A stretch of DNA of 63,162 nt, counting the filler, from Reticulomyxa filosa (Eukaryota > Protista > Foraminifera), in NCBI GenBank assembly GCA_000512085.1. It is 20 parts of 20 records of this genome, joined end to end, with 100 filler letters (N's around TTAATTAATTAA, not from the genome) between each part and the next. Parts side by side here need not be neighbours in the genome. Positions count along the whole stretch, not along the records: positions 62,101 to 63,162 come from ASPP01009741.1; 19 more parts are not named here. One strand, 5' to 3'. Under the pieces are notes generated by a model. It saw only the letters and a list, made by a program, of their open reading frames with translations. It ran no database searches and was not told the DNA's origin. The position numbers and the translations under genes were made by a program. This document shows positions 63,111 through 63,162 of the stretch, one piece after another (positions within the stretch are counted from its first letter, which is position 1; each line of letters begins with the position of its first letter).

Positions 63111-63162
63111 TAGCGCAAGCAGGCCTTTCGATTACATTGCTGAGGGAATGGATGTGTTGATT

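Overview
This window is not one chromosome segment. It is 20 short contigs of an AT-rich, intron-containing eukaryotic genome, joined by 19 identical artificial 100-bp linkers (44 N + TTAATTAATTAA + 44 N). The gene families, homopolymer-rich introns and many pseudogenes suggest a protist and are consistent with the foraminiferan Reticulomyxa (inference, not verified). Recognisable spliced genes: a GT61 glycosyltransferase, a WGR-domain protein, a Zn-finger/PH protein, an SPX-EXS (XPR1/SYG1/PHO1) phosphate exporter, a Chorein_N lipid-transfer protein, a KDM4-like JmjC demethylase, a glyoxalase-like VOC protein, a 7TM-RGS-type receptor, SF3A3/PRP9, an ATC-hydrolase-family protein, PP2A-B56 and an EF-hand protein. 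Also present are an intronless >1000-aa SecA-DEAD-like NTPase, pseudogenes (HSP90, TTLL, WD40) and three retroelement classes (APE-type LINE RT, Ty3/Gypsy, RLE/CRE-type). Most interesting: (i) a probable gustatory-receptor-like 7TM ion channel facing a DEG/ENaC- or PAC-like channel; (ii) unusual splicing, with 7- and 17-nt micro-exons (one carries the 2-oxoglutarate-binding Lys of the demethylase), GTT donors, A-rich acceptors, a GC-AG intron and Tn-An fold-back hairpins in introns; (iii) the giant SecA-like NTPase; (iv) intron-bearing genes from prokaryote-type families. All introns were inferred by hand from restoration of protein motifs; no searches were run.
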